Source: an uncultured Gammaproteobacteria bacterium (GTDB lineage Bacteria; Patescibacteriota; Patescibacteriia; 2-12-FULL-57-11). Taken from it: a stretch of DNA of 64,000 nt. Shown piece after piece: positions 28,394 to 40,269 of this stretch. Under the pieces are notes generated by a model. The model did not search any database. It was not told where the DNA came from and worked only from the letters and a program-made list of their open reading frames with translations. Within the stretch, counting starts at the first letter, position 1; every line of letters begins with the position of its first letter. The stretch covers positions 6,360 to 70,359 of the forward strand of contig CAZYLV010000005.1 of NCBI GenBank assembly GCA_964648865.1, given 5' to 3'. A program made the translations under genes and the position numbers.

Positions 28394-28464
28394 GTTCCTT
28401 CGGCCTCACCGGAGGTGTCAGCCTCAGGACGCCGCACACGGATGGCATGTGCGGCGCTTTTTTA
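28394..28464 (+). repeat. conserved 3' element/terminator, copy 2
   Basis: Similar to 10541-10612. Confidence 0.8.
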
Positions 28465-28485
28465 TCTCTGGTAGGATGCCGCCTT

Positions 28486-30237
28486 ATGGCCGAACGGCGG
28501 TGGGACATCGGCGCGCCGGCGCCCGAGGAGGTGCGCGCGCGGTTCGCAGGCTGGCATCCGGTGACGGTGGACCTGCTGTTCCGCCGCGGCATCGCCACGC
28601 CTGAGGAGGCCGAGGGCTTCTTGGAGCCGCGCTACGAGGAGGCGCTCCACGACCCCTTCCTGTTCAGGGACATGCGCAAGGCCGTGGACCGGCTGCTGCG
28701 CGCCATCGAGAAGCGCGAGACCGTCACCATCCACGGCGACTACGACGCCGACGGGGTCGACGCCGCGGCGCTGCTCCATATCCTCCTCAAGAAGCTCGGC
28801 GCGCAGGTCGACGTCTTCTTGCCGCACCGCGAGGAGGACGGCTACGGCATCATCACGCGCACCGTCGAGGCGCTGGCCGCCCGCGGGACGACCGTGCTCA
28901 TCACCTGCGACTGCGGCATCGCCAACCGCGCCGAGATCGCCCGCGGCAACGAGCTGGGCATCGACACCATCATCACCGACCATCATGCCATGCCGGCCGA
29001 GCTGCCCGAGGCGCACGCCACCATCCATCCGCTCGTGCCCGGGGAGACCTATCCGGACAAGGGGCTCTCCGGCGGCGGCGTGGCCTTCAAGCTGGCCACG
29101 GCGCTCTTGGCCGAAGCGCGCACGCGCATGCCCGAGCGCACCGCGGAGATCCCGCTCGGCTGGGAGAAATGGCTGCTGGAGTTCGCGGCAATCAGTTCCA
29201 TCGGCGACGTCGTGCCGCTCCTGGGCGAGACGCGGGCCCTCGTCAAGTACGGCTTGGTGGTGCTCAACAGGCATCGCCGTCCCGGGATGCGCAAGCTCCT
29301 CGCGCTCACCGGGCATCTCGACCCGCTGGGGCTGATGAAGCCCAAGGAGATCACCAGCGAGACCGTCGCCTTCCAGATCTGCCCGCGCATCAACGCCGCC
29401 GGGCGCATGCATCACGCGGAAGACGCCTTCCGGCTGCTCACCGCCGAGGATGAGGAGGAAGCCGCGACCTTCGCGCAGCGCCTGCAGGACCTCAACAAGG
29501 ACCGCCAAAAGGCCGTGGAGCGGATGATGCTCGAGGCCAAGCGGCAGGTCGTGGAGGAGAGGCAGGACGAGGCCTACGCCATCGTCGTCGCCGCGGAGGA
29601 TTGGCCGGCGGGGCTCGTCGGGCTGGTGGCCGGGCGCATCGCCGAGCAGTTCTATCGGCCGACGTTCGTGCTCGGGAAGAAGGAGACGGGCTGGGTCGGC
29701 AGCGGGCGCGGCATCCCGGAGTTCGACATGATGGAGGCGCTCAACGCCATGCCGGAGATGTTCGTGAAGTACGGCGGCCATCCGCAGGCCTGCGGCTTCA
29801 CGGTCAAGACCGAGGCCTTCGCGGCGTTCCGCGAGCGCATGCAGGCCTTCGCCAAGGAGAAGCTCGGCCACGCGGAGCTTGTGCCGACGCTGCGCATCGA
29901 GGCGGCCGTGGCGCTGGGCGACGTCGGTTGGGAGCTCCATGAGGCGGTGCAACGGCTGCAGCCCTTCGGCGAGCGCAACGCGGAACCGGTCTTCGCGGTG
30001 CGCGGCGTGGCCGTGGCCGGCGTCGACGTGGTCGGCAAGGACGGCACGCACTTGCGCCTCACGCTCGCGGACGGCGCGGTGGTGCGCAAGACCATCGGTT
30101 TCCGGTTGGGGGAGTGGGCGACGCGGGTGCGGCCCGGTGATAGAATGGACGTCGCCTTCACGCTCGGCACCAACGACTGGAACGGGAAGAGCGAGTTGCA
30201 GCTCAAGATCGTGGACCTGAAGCCGCATGGCGCATAA
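28486..30237 (+). CDS. recJ: single-stranded DNA exonuclease RecJ
   Basis: GDYDADG, TCDCG, TDHH, PRINAAGR, GSGR, GGHPQACG, LQPFG. Confidence 0.95.
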   Translation: MAERRWDIGAPAPEEVRARFAGWHPVTVDLLFRRGIATPEEAEGFLEPRYEEALHDPFLFRDMRKAVDRLLRAIEKRETVTIHGDYDADGVDAAALLHILLKKLGAQVDVFLPHREEDGYGIITRTVEALAARGTTVLITCDCGIANRAEIARGNELGIDTIITDHHAMPAELPEAHATIHPLVPGETYPDKGLSGGGVAFKLATALLAEARTRMPERTAEIPLGWEKWLLEFAAISSIGDVVPLLGETRALVKYGLVVLNRHRRPGMRKLLALTGHLDPLGLMKPKEITSETVAFQICPRINAAGRMHHAEDAFRLLTAEDEEEAATFAQRLQDLNKDRQKAVERMMLEAKRQVVEERQDEAYAIVVAAEDWPAGLVGLVAGRIAEQFYRPTFVLGKKETGWVGSGRGIPEFDMMEALNAMPEMFVKYGGHPQACGFTVKTEAFAAFRERMQAFAKEKLGHAELVPTLRIEAAVALGDVGWELHEAVQRLQPFGERNAEPVFAVRGVAVAGVDVVGKDGTHLRLTLADGAVVRKTIGFRLGEWATRVRPGDRMDVAFTLGTNDWNGKSELQLKIVDLKPHGA

Positions 30238-30640
30238 GCACCTCATCACCTACACCGACGGCGGGGCGCGGGGGAATCCCGGTCCGGCCGCGTTGGGCGT
30301 CGTCATCAAGAGCGGCCACGAGACCCTCGAGGCCTACGGCCGCTACCTCGGTGAGACCACCAACAACATCGCCGAGTACTCGGCGGTCCTCTCGGCGTTG
30401 GAACGCTGCAAGGACCTCGGCGCGGAGGAGGTGGAGATGCGCATGGACTCCGAGCTCGTGGTCAAGCAGATGAAGGGGGAATACAAAGTGAAGAACCCCG
30501 GCCTCGCCCAAATCTACCTCAAGATCCACAACGTCATGACCGGCTTCAAGAAGGTGACCTTCCACCACGTCCGGCGGGAGCTCAATAAGGAAGCGGACGC
30601 GCAGGTGAACGCCGCCCTGGACAGGCGCCTCAAGGGTTGA
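30227..30640 (+). CDS. rnhA: ribonuclease HI
   Basis: YTDGGARGNPG, TNNIAEY, DSELVVKQ, HVRRELNKEAD. Confidence 0.92.
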   Translation: MAHKHLITYTDGGARGNPGPAALGVVIKSGHETLEAYGRYLGETTNNIAEYSAVLSALERCKDLGAEEVEMRMDSELVVKQMKGEYKVKNPGLAQIYLKIHNVMTGFKKVTFHHVRRELNKEADAQVNAALDRRLKG

Positions 30641-30665
30641 TAGGTTCGCGGCGAAGGAGGAGAGG

Positions 30666-30809
30666 ATGGCCGTATCGCTCAAGCGGACGCTCCGCAGGGT
30701 CTCGGAGTGCGTCGACCGCTGCAGCTGGGCGCCGGATCCGGTGAAGCGGGGAGTCGGTTTCATCGCAGGGAAACCGTATTGGCGGTATCTGCCGCGCCGC
30801 TATCGATAG
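30666..30809 (+). CDS. putative small basic protein (47 aa)
   Basis: AAGGAGGAG SD; MAVSLKRTLRRVSECVDRCSW...YWRYLPRRYR; terminator-like hairpin downstream. Confidence 0.4.
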   Translation: MAVSLKRTLRRVSECVDRCSWAPDPVKRGVGFIAGKPYWRYLPRRYR

Positions 30810-30872
30810 CGGCCGGCGCGTGCCGGTCGACGAGCAGCGCTTCGGCGCTCTTTTTTGTGCTAGAATGGCGGC

Positions 30873-32858
30873 ATGCGGAGGACCTTGCGGACCGCATTGT
30901 TCGCAGGAGTGCTGGTGCTTTTTGGCACGGCGCTTTTGGCGTCGACGGCCGAGGCCGTGGAGGGCGACCGGTTGCGCGGCTGGCTGTGGAGCGAACGCGT
31001 GGGGTGGTTCTCGGTGAACTGCGTGACGGGCGGCGGCTGCCCGCCGGACTACGGCGTGGACGTGGCCGATGCCGTCACCCCGCAGCCGGACGGCGGCACC
31101 GGGTACGGCATCACCGGTTGGGCCTGGTCCTCGAACGTCGGCTGGACGTGCTTCGGCGGCACCTGCGACAGCCAGTTCCCGCACCGCCCGCCCGGCTCTC
31201 CGGGGAGCATCCCGGCCTACGTCGACGCGTCGGGCGAGGTCCACGGCTGGGCCAACGTGCTCTCGCTCAAGGAGCGCGGCTTCATCTCCCTCAACTGCGA
31301 CACCACCGGGCCGGTCGGCTGCACCGACTACGCCGTGGACATGGACCTCGGTACCGGCACGGTCACCGGCTTCGGCTGGAACGGCAACGACGACGGCACC
31401 GGCATCGGCTGGGTGGACTTCTCCGTGTCCACGCTCGTCACCACGGAGACCATGTGCGCGGACGGCGTCGACAACGACCTCGACGGGCGCATCGACTGCG
31501 CCGACACGGACTGCCTCGGCGTGGCCGGCCCCGGCGGCGTCACGTGCGGGCCGGAGTCCTCGCCGGCGGAGTGCACGGACACCAACGACAACGACGGCGA
31601 CGGCCTCACGGACTGCGCGGACAACCTGCCGGACGCGGATGGTGAGATCTGCTGGCATCAGGACGCCTACGGCTGCCCGTCGACGGAGCTCGTCTGCGAC
31701 GACGGCATCGACAACGACCACGACGACGGCTCCGGCAACTACGACGACCAGCCGACGAGCGGCGTGGATTGCGCGGACACCGACTGCCTCGGGGTCGGCG
31801 CGTGCGCCTCGGAGGAGGCCTTCGTGCTCGGCCCGGGCAACGAGGTCGCGGCCTGCTCCGACGTCTTCGACAACGACCTCGACGGCGATCTCGACTGCCG
31901 CGACGCTTCTTGCCTCCCGTATTGCCCGGGCGAATGCGCCGTGGACTCCTCCTTGCGCTGCATGCCGAGCGCCACGCCCAACCAGTGCCCGACCGACGGC
32001 GACGGCAACCCCACGCCGTGCGACGAGCTGCTCTTCCCATGGCTGCAGGCGCTCTTCGATGACATCTATTCGGCCCGCGGCATCCGCGCCGAGAACCCGC
32101 CGCCGGTGGGCGAGTACAACGCCACCTTCTGCCTGGTGACCGGCTCCGGCACCACGCCGCTCAATTTCATCACCCGGACCGCCGGCACGCCGTGCGATCC
32201 GCTCAAGGAGCTCCCGGTCCTGCGCGTGCCGAGCGCCGCCACCGGCTACGCCAGCCCGCTCGGACGGCTGGACGTCGAGGGCATCAAGCGCGGCGCCTAC
32301 GGCCGGGTGACGACCCTCGGCCAGAACGACTGGGCGCTGGTGCCCAACGTCCTCGCCGGCCGCGTCTATCGGTTCCCGGACGGGGTGAGCGTCCCGGCCG
32401 GCAGCTGGAAGTTCCTCAACGGCGCGGGCAGCGGCTCCGGCGCCGGACTCCTGCTGGTCGAGGGCGAGCTCATCGTCAAGGGCGACGTCGGCTACACGGA
32501 CGCCGCGGCAGGCACGCTGCGGAACCTGGCATCGCTCGGCGTCGTCGTCATCGACAAGCGCGCCGCGGACGGCACGCTCATCACGCCTGCGCGCATCACC
32601 ATCGACGGCGCCGTCTCTTCGCTCGTCGGGACCTATTACACGGAGGGGGCGCTGCTGACCGGCGCGAGCGCCACGACGCCGCTGGCGGTGCGCGGCATCA
32701 TGTTGGCCAAGCAGTTCGAATTCCAGCGCGGCACCGCCATCCCCGGCACGCCCTCGGAACGCATCATCTACGACGGTCGGGCCGTGGCCAACCCGCCGCC
32801 GGGCATGGCGGACGTGCTGCGGTCGTTGCCGACGTTCACGGAAGTCGCGCCGCGCTAG
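30873..32858 (+). CDS. secreted Cys/Asp-rich repeat surface protein
   Basis: Signal peptide, GWAWS..VGW repeats, four C.DG.DND.DG..DCAD.DC-type repeats, C-terminal ERIIYDGR...PPG. Confidence 0.8.
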   Translation: MRRTLRTALFAGVLVLFGTALLASTAEAVEGDRLRGWLWSERVGWFSVNCVTGGGCPPDYGVDVADAVTPQPDGGTGYGITGWAWSSNVGWTCFGGTCDSQFPHRPPGSPGSIPAYVDASGEVHGWANVLSLKERGFISLNCDTTGPVGCTDYAVDMDLGTGTVTGFGWNGNDDGTGIGWVDFSVSTLVTTETMCADGVDNDLDGRIDCADTDCLGVAGPGGVTCGPESSPAECTDTNDNDGDGLTDCADNLPDADGEICWHQDAYGCPSTELVCDDGIDNDHDDGSGNYDDQPTSGVDCADTDCLGVGACASEEAFVLGPGNEVAACSDVFDNDLDGDLDCRDASCLPYCPGECAVDSSLRCMPSATPNQCPTDGDGNPTPCDELLFPWLQALFDDIYSARGIRAENPPPVGEYNATFCLVTGSGTTPLNFITRTAGTPCDPLKELPVLRVPSAATGYASPLGRLDVEGIKRGAYGRVTTLGQNDWALVPNVLAGRVYRFPDGVSVPAGSWKFLNGAGSGSGAGLLLVEGELIVKGDVGYTDAAAGTLRNLASLGVVVIDKRAADGTLITPARITIDGAVSSLVGTYYTEGALLTGASATTPLAVRGIMLAKQFEFQRGTAIPGTPSERIIYDGRAVANPPPGMADVLRSLPTFTEVAPR

Positions 32859-32888
32859 TCAGTTTTTTGGGTGCTAATCAATCGTAGT

Positions 32889-33764
32889 ATGCAAGCCGAC
32901 CGAACAACATTTAAGAAACTGTATTGGACAAGCTTTGGAATTGCTTTGGGGGGTGGAATCGTGGGCACTTTTCTCGCACAGATGGCCGAAGAAGGGTCGC
33001 TTGTCGCATCCGACTACTCGGATATCTCTTATCTGATTGCTTTTATTGGCATCGTCCTGCATACGCTTACATACGCGGCATTCGCACGGGCACGCCGATA
33101 CGGATGGCAAATGACGCTCGGTTCAGCGCTTGCTGGATTCGTCTTTTTCCCGTTTCTTTCTCTCGTTTACTACGGTGGTTTTGTGAAAGGGAGCTTTGAT
33201 GAAAATGGGGCAATCATTACGAAAACGGAAAAAAGAACAACGCAGGAGAGTCGGCAATCTTCCGAGCGTATTTGGCAGGTGATGAGCGCCATTCTCGGCG
33301 TAATGTTAATTCTTTTTCTGATTCTTTGGATTGATTCCGGAGAGAGAATCAATGATCTGAATCAGGAAATATCTGTAGTAAGGACGGAGAATCTCAGACT
33401 ACTTAGCGAGCTGGATAACGTACGTTCAGCTGGCCAGTATTTTTTGGGTCGCTCGCAAGAACTTGAGCAACAGCAAGAAGATTTGAGGCGACTTGCTACC
33501 ATTGCTGGGAAGGGGTTGGATGACTTCGATGCACTGTCACAAACAATCTTTTCTGACGCTGACTTCGTTGTCGAATGGTTATCAGATTACGGTCAGTTTG
33601 ATGTTCCATCCGGTGCCTACGCTCAAGCAGGCGCTCATTACGCCAGATGGAAGACCCAACAAGAACAGCATCAGCGAGAGTACGCTCGAATTAAGCTTGA
33701 AATAGAGAACAGCATTAACGAACTGCTCGAAATTGGTGGCTACGAGGGCGTGCAGCAACAATAA
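32889..33764 (+). CDS. low-GC membrane protein with C-terminal coiled coil
   Basis: About four TM segments plus a coiled coil; visibly AT-richer than flanks; alternative GTG start at 32871. Confidence 0.65.
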   Translation: MQADRTTFKKLYWTSFGIALGGGIVGTFLAQMAEEGSLVASDYSDISYLIAFIGIVLHTLTYAAFARARRYGWQMTLGSALAGFVFFPFLSLVYYGGFVKGSFDENGAIITKTEKRTTQESRQSSERIWQVMSAILGVMLILFLILWIDSGERINDLNQEISVVRTENLRLLSELDNVRSAGQYFLGRSQELEQQQEDLRRLATIAGKGLDDFDALSQTIFSDADFVVEWLSDYGQFDVPSGAYAQAGAHYARWKTQQEQHQREYARIKLEIENSINELLEIGGYEGVQQQ

Positions 33765-33830
33765 TTTACTCACGTTGCACGATGTGCTCGAAGTGCTGAG
33801 CGTGCTATACTGAGTCGTCATCCAGCATTC

Positions 33831-34895
33831 ATGGCACTCTTCGGGAAACCCGCAAAACAGAGTTACCTCGGCGTCGACATCGGCGCCGGAGGCATCAAAG
33901 TCGTGGAGCTCATCAACGAGAAGGGCCGTGCGCGACTGATGACCTACGGCTTCGCCGAGCACGCCGTCGGCAAGGTCGGGGAGAATCTCCTCGACCAGCC
34001 GGAGAAGGCCGCGGCCCTGCTCAAGGAGATCTGCGCGCGTGCCAAGACCGCGACCCCCAAGGTCATCTCGGGGTTGCCCGTCTCGCAGGTCTTCTCGTCC
34101 GTGGTCACGGTGCCCGCGGCCACCGGCAAGGCGCTCTCCGCTGCCGTCGAGCTGCAGGCCAAGAAGCTCATCCCGCTGCCGCTCGAGGAGATGATCCTCG
34201 AGACCACGCCCATCCCGGACGCGCCGGGTGAAGGCGGCAAGAAGCAGAACTACGCGCGCGTCCTGCTCACCGGCGCCGCCAAGTCGCTCGTCAAGAAGTA
34301 CATCGACGTCTTCAAGCTGGCCGGGCTGCAGCTGCTCTCGTTGGAGACCGAGGCCTTCGCCCTCATCCGCTCGTTGGTGGGCCGCGACCGCGGCAGCGTC
34401 ATGCTCATCGACATGGGCGCGCTGCGCACCAACATCATCGTCGTCCAGAACGGCATCCCGTTCCTCTCACGGTCGCTCAACCTCGGCGGGCTGACGCTCT
34501 CCCGCGCCATGTCCGAGACGATGCGCATCCCGCTCCAGCAGGCCGAACAGCTCAAGGTGGACGCCCAAGCCGTGGCCGACGTCATGCCGGACGCCGGGCT
34601 GCCCAAGATGTTCGACAGCGCGTTGACCATGCTCCTCAACGAGCTGCGCTACTCCTCCAACCTCTACGCCGGCCAGAACGAGACGCCTCGGCAGATCGAG
34701 AAGATCGTGCTGACCGGCGGCGCGGCGCTCTTCCCGCGCCTGGCCGAGACCATCGGCAGCACCATGGGGATCAAGGCCTATGTCGGCGACCCGTGGGCGC
34801 GCGTCATCTATCCGCTCGACCTGCGTCCCGTGCTCGATCAGATCGGTTCCCGCTTCAGCGTCGCGGTCGGCTTGGCGATGCGGGACATCGAGTAG
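33831..34895 (+). CDS. pilM: type IV pilus assembly protein PilM
   Basis: LGVDIGAGGIKVVEL, QAKKLIP, IDMGA, IVLTGGAA, VAVGLAMR. Confidence 0.92.
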   Translation: MALFGKPAKQSYLGVDIGAGGIKVVELINEKGRARLMTYGFAEHAVGKVGENLLDQPEKAAALLKEICARAKTATPKVISGLPVSQVFSSVVTVPAATGKALSAAVELQAKKLIPLPLEEMILETTPIPDAPGEGGKKQNYARVLLTGAAKSLVKKYIDVFKLAGLQLLSLETEAFALIRSLVGRDRGSVMLIDMGALRTNIIVVQNGIPFLSRSLNLGGLTLSRAMSETMRIPLQQAEQLKVDAQAVADVMPDAGLPKMFDSALTMLLNELRYSSNLYAGQNETPRQIEKIVLTGGAALFPRLAETIGSTMGIKAYVGDPWARVIYPLDLRPVLDQIGSRFSVAVGLAMRDIE

Positions 34896-34940
34896 GAGGT
34901 TTCGTGGTATACTCGGGGGGTAATCCTTACCGTCGCTCGC

Positions 34941-35954
34941 ATGGCTGACGGGATTTCGCTCCTTCCGGAGGAGTACAAGAAAAAGGAAGAGGAGGAACGC
35001 AAGAAGCGTGCCAAGGTCAAACCGGACATGGCGTTCCACGTTCCCGGGAGGCAGAAGGCCGTACCTGCCCCTCCCGCCCCGACGCCCGCCAAGGGTCCGG
35101 GGGTCTTCGCGCGCCTGTTCCGCCGCAAGCCCAAACCGCTCATCGCCAAGCCCGTGGGCAAGCCCGTCGTCCCGGCGCCGACGCCTGCGACGACGCCTAA
35201 GGCTCCGCCCGCGACCGCGCCGCTGAGGACCTCGCCGCCGCCGAAGCCCGCGCCTCCGCCTCCGCCGCGGGTGGCCGCGCCGCCACCTCCGCCGCCTGCC
35301 CCCAAGAAGGGGAAGGTCGCCGCCGCGTTCTCGTCGGCGGCGCCCGGCGGCGATGTGTTGCGCGTCTCCCTCATCCCGGAGGAGGGCGCGGCCCAACCGG
35401 CCAAGCGCGGCGTCGGCCTTGCCGGCGTCATCATCACCGTCGTCATCTCGGTGCTCGTCGTGCTCGGCGGCTACGTCGCGGCCCGCGCCGCCGCCGGTGC
35501 GCGCGAGGCGGAGATCGCCGGCGTCGACACGCTCATCGCCCAGACCGACGCCCGCATCCGTGAGGCCGACCTCGTGCTCGGCGAGGCGCGTGACGCCGGC
35601 CGCCGCCTGACGGCGCTGGATACGCTGCTCGACCGCCATGTGCGCTGGACGGGGTTCTTCACGTGGCTGGAGCGCAACACCATCCCGACCGTGACCTTCA
35701 CGCAGCTGCGCAGCGAGTCCGTCGGCACGGTCACCCTCGACGCCCTGGCCGCCGGCTTCCCAGCCGCCGCCGAGCAGATCGTCGTCTTCCGGACCGCGCC
35801 GCAGGCCGTGACCGCGGTCGAGACCAGCGCCATCAACGCCGACATCGCGCCCAACGGCGAGGTCCGCGGCGTGCGCTTCTCCGTGACGCTCTCGCTGGCG
35901 CCGACGCTGCTCACCCCCGACGCGGCCACCGGCACGCCGCGCACCGCCCCATAG
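34941..35954 (+). CDS. PilN-like protein with long Pro/Lys-rich N-terminal extension
   Basis: VSLIP motif before the TM, coiled coil, LDRHVRWT..F..LE; directly after pilM. Confidence 0.7.
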   Translation: MADGISLLPEEYKKKEEEERKKRAKVKPDMAFHVPGRQKAVPAPPAPTPAKGPGVFARLFRRKPKPLIAKPVGKPVVPAPTPATTPKAPPATAPLRTSPPPKPAPPPPPRVAAPPPPPPAPKKGKVAAAFSSAAPGGDVLRVSLIPEEGAAQPAKRGVGLAGVIITVVISVLVVLGGYVAARAAAGAREAEIAGVDTLIAQTDARIREADLVLGEARDAGRRLTALDTLLDRHVRWTGFFTWLERNTIPTVTFTQLRSESVGTVTLDALAAGFPAAAEQIVVFRTAPQAVTAVETSAINADIAPNGEVRGVRFSVTLSLAPTLLTPDAATGTPRTAP

Positions 35955-35955
35955 T

Positions 35956-36564
35956 ATGCCCGACCTCCCCGCCACCGCCGTCACGCCCCGGGCCAAGCCC
36001 GCCGTCCGCAAGCCGACCGTCGCGGACGCCATCGCCCGTAACGGGAAGGCCGTTTCCGTCGTGGTCGCTTTGGCCATCCTGGCGAGCGGCTACTTCGGGC
36101 TGATCCATCCGGTGCTCACGGCCATGGCCTCCGGCGGCCGCTACGACGTCGCGGCGGCGCGTGCCCGGCTGGCCGAGCGGGAGGCCCGGCTGGCCGAACT
36201 CGAGACCTTGCAGCGCCAGTACACGGCCATCGGCCGTCAGGATCTCGAGCGTCTCGAGCGGTTCCTGCCGGCCGAGACCGACGTGCCTGGGCTGATCACC
36301 GCGCTCGACGAGCTCAGCCGCTTGGCGGGGCTGCAGCTGCTGGCCATCGACACCCAGCCGCGCAAGGATGCCGTGGCCGGCCTGCCCTCGGTGGGCGCCA
36401 CGGACGTGGCCGTCTCCTTGGCCGGCGGCGATTATCCCAAGCTCAAGGCGATGCTGCGCAACGTCGAGACCAGCCTGCGTCTGTTGGACGTCACGGCCAT
36501 CGCCTTCCAGTCCGCTACGTCCTACACGCTCAACCTGCGGACCTACCACCTGCTGAAGCGCTGA
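35956..36564 (+). CDS. pilO: type IV pilus assembly protein PilO
   Basis: TM, coiled coil, FLP.E.DVPGL, Y..LK..L..VETSLRLLDV. Confidence 0.78.
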   Translation: MPDLPATAVTPRAKPAVRKPTVADAIARNGKAVSVVVALAILASGYFGLIHPVLTAMASGGRYDVAAARARLAEREARLAELETLQRQYTAIGRQDLERLERFLPAETDVPGLITALDELSRLAGLQLLAIDTQPRKDAVAGLPSVGATDVAVSLAGGDYPKLKAMLRNVETSLRLLDVTAIAFQSATSYTLNLRTYHLLKR

Positions 36565-36567
36565 CCT

Positions 36568-36837
36568 ATGGCTGCCGGACAGATCTCCCGACCGACGATG
36601 ATCGTGCTCGGCCTCGGCGTGGCCGGGGTCGCCGCCTTCGCCACGTGGTGGTTCTTCCTGCGCGACGCCGGCCTGCCTGCGGACACGGCCGTGCGGCGCC
36701 CCGAGGCCATCGACGCGGCCGTGCTGCGCGACGGCCGCTACGGCGAGCTGCGCGCGCCGGCGCAGCCGCAGGAGTCGGTACGCAAGGGCCGGACCAACCC
36801 GTTCGTCCCGGCGTCCGCGCAGCCAGAGACGCCCTGA
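36568..36837 (+). CDS. small PilP-like protein
   Basis: N-terminal TM and GRTNPF motif; located between pilO and pilB. Confidence 0.55.
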   Translation: MAAGQISRPTMIVLGLGVAGVAAFATWWFFLRDAGLPADTAVRRPEAIDAAVLRDGRYGELRAPAQPQESVRKGRTNPFVPASAQPETP

Positions 36838-36838
36838 T

Positions 36839-38605
<1,767 letters not shown>

Positions 38606-38614
38606 GCCGACCTT

Positions 38615-39013
38615 ATGGCGCAACAGAACAACAAGAAAAAGCCCAAGGTGCTGATCGTGGAGGACGATGCATTCCTGGCGGGCATCTACACGACCAAGTT
38701 CTCGCTCGAAGGGTTCGACGTGGTCTCGGCCGGCGACGGCGCGGCCGGCCTCAAGGCGGCCAGGAAGGAGCTGCCGAACATCATCCTGCTCGACGTGCTG
38801 ATGCCCAAGATGGACGGGTTCGAGGTGCTCGACGAGCTCAAGAAGGACCCCAAGACCAAGGCCATCCCGGTGGTCATCCTCACCAACTTGGGCCAAAAGG
38901 AGGACGTCCAGCGCGGCCTCAAAGGCGGCGCGGTGGACTATCTCATCAAGGCCCACTTCGTGCCTTCGGACACGGTCTCCAAAGTCCGCAAGATCCTCGC
39001 CCACGTGAGTTGA
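38615..39013 (+). CDS. single-domain response regulator
   Basis: VLIVEDD, LLDVLMPKMDG, ILTN, DYLIK. Confidence 0.9.
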   Translation: MAQQNNKKKPKVLIVEDDAFLAGIYTTKFSLEGFDVVSAGDGAAGLKAARKELPNIILLDVLMPKMDGFEVLDELKKDPKTKAIPVVILTNLGQKEDVQRGLKGGAVDYLIKAHFVPSDTVSKVRKILAHVS

Positions 39014-39020
39014 TCGGCCC

Positions 39021-40226
39021 ATGCCGCTGTACGATTACGTCGGACGCAACCGCTCCGGTCAGGAGGTCCGCGGCGTCGTGAACGCGGATACCGAGGACCT
39101 CGCCGTGTCCGCGCTCGCCGAGCGCGGCATCTTGGACGCGTCCATCACCGCGCATGTCCGTGAAGCCACGGTGGAGTCGCTCCTGGAGCGCCTGCGCCGC
39201 GTCTCGCGGCGCGACGTCGTCATCCTCTCGCGGCAGCTCTCGGTGCTCGTCTCGGCCAACGTGCCGCTGGTGCAATCCTTGCGTGCGCTGGTCGGCCAGA
39301 CGGTCAACCCGCGGCTGCGCGAGGTGGTCATCGCCGTGGCCGACGAGGTCGAGGCCGGCGCCAAGCTCTCGGACGCCATGGGCCAGCACCGCGTCTTCTC
39401 GGATTTCATGGTCAACATGATCCGCTCCGGCGAGACCTCAGGCCGCCTGGCCGAGGTGCTGGAGTACCTCGCCGACCAGGAGGAGAAGGACTACGACCTG
39501 ACGGCGAAGATCCGCGGCGCCATGATGTACCCCGGGTTCATCATCGTCGGGCTGTCCGTCGTCGGTTTCATCATGGTCACCTGGGTGCTCCCCAAACTGA
39601 CCGACGTCCTGGCCGAGACCGGCGCGGAGCTGCCGCTTTCCACGCGCATCCTCATCGCGTTGTCCTCGTTCTTCCGGTCGTACTGGTGGCTGGTGCTCCT
39701 GGCCGTGACGGCCGTGGCCGTGGGCGCGCGCATGGCGCTGCGCCAGCCGCTCGGGCGCGCGCTGTGGGACGCCTTCAAGATCCGCATGCCCGTCTTCGGC
39801 GGGCTGTTCAAGCGCATCGCCCTGGTGCGCTTCGCACGCAGCATGGAGACGTTGCTGGTCGGCGGCGTGGACGAGGTGACCGCGCTCGGGATCGCCGCCA
39901 ACGTCGTCGGCAACGCCACGTACAAGGACCTCATCTTGCGCACGCAGAAGGAGGTCGAGGACGGCAATTCCATCGTCACGGTGATGAGCGGCAATGCCGC
40001 CGTGCCGGCGATGCTCTCGCAGATGCTCGCGGTGGGGGAGGAGACCGGCCGGCTCCAGGAGGTGCTGCGGCGCCTCGGCGACTTCTACAACCGCGAGATC
40101 GAGAACCTGGTGGGCTCGCTGGTGACCCTCATCGAGCCGCTCATCATGGTGGTCATGGGCGTGGCCGTGGGCGTCATGGTGGCGGCGGTCATCCTGCCCA
40201 TGTATAACATAGCGAATTCGTTGTGA
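39021..40226 (+). CDS. pilC: type IV pilus platform protein PilC (GspF family)
   Basis: RQLSVL, GETSGRL, AMMYP, VGEETGRL, LIEP. Confidence 0.92.
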   Translation: MPLYDYVGRNRSGQEVRGVVNADTEDLAVSALAERGILDASITAHVREATVESLLERLRRVSRRDVVILSRQLSVLVSANVPLVQSLRALVGQTVNPRLREVVIAVADEVEAGAKLSDAMGQHRVFSDFMVNMIRSGETSGRLAEVLEYLADQEEKDYDLTAKIRGAMMYPGFIIVGLSVVGFIMVTWVLPKLTDVLAETGAELPLSTRILIALSSFFRSYWWLVLLAVTAVAVGARMALRQPLGRALWDAFKIRMPVFGGLFKRIALVRFARSMETLLVGGVDEVTALGIAANVVGNATYKDLILRTQKEVEDGNSIVTVMSGNAAVPAMLSQMLAVGEETGRLQEVLRRLGDFYNREIENLVGSLVTLIEPLIMVVMGVAVGVMVAAVILPMYNIANSL

Positions 40227-40269
40227 TATACTGAGGGAGATCTCTTATCCACATACCAACGGAGGACGT

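Noticed and set aside
35050-35310. Tandem DNA repeat in the pilN-like gene
   Set aside because: It is low-complexity Pro/Ala codon usage without a fixed period.
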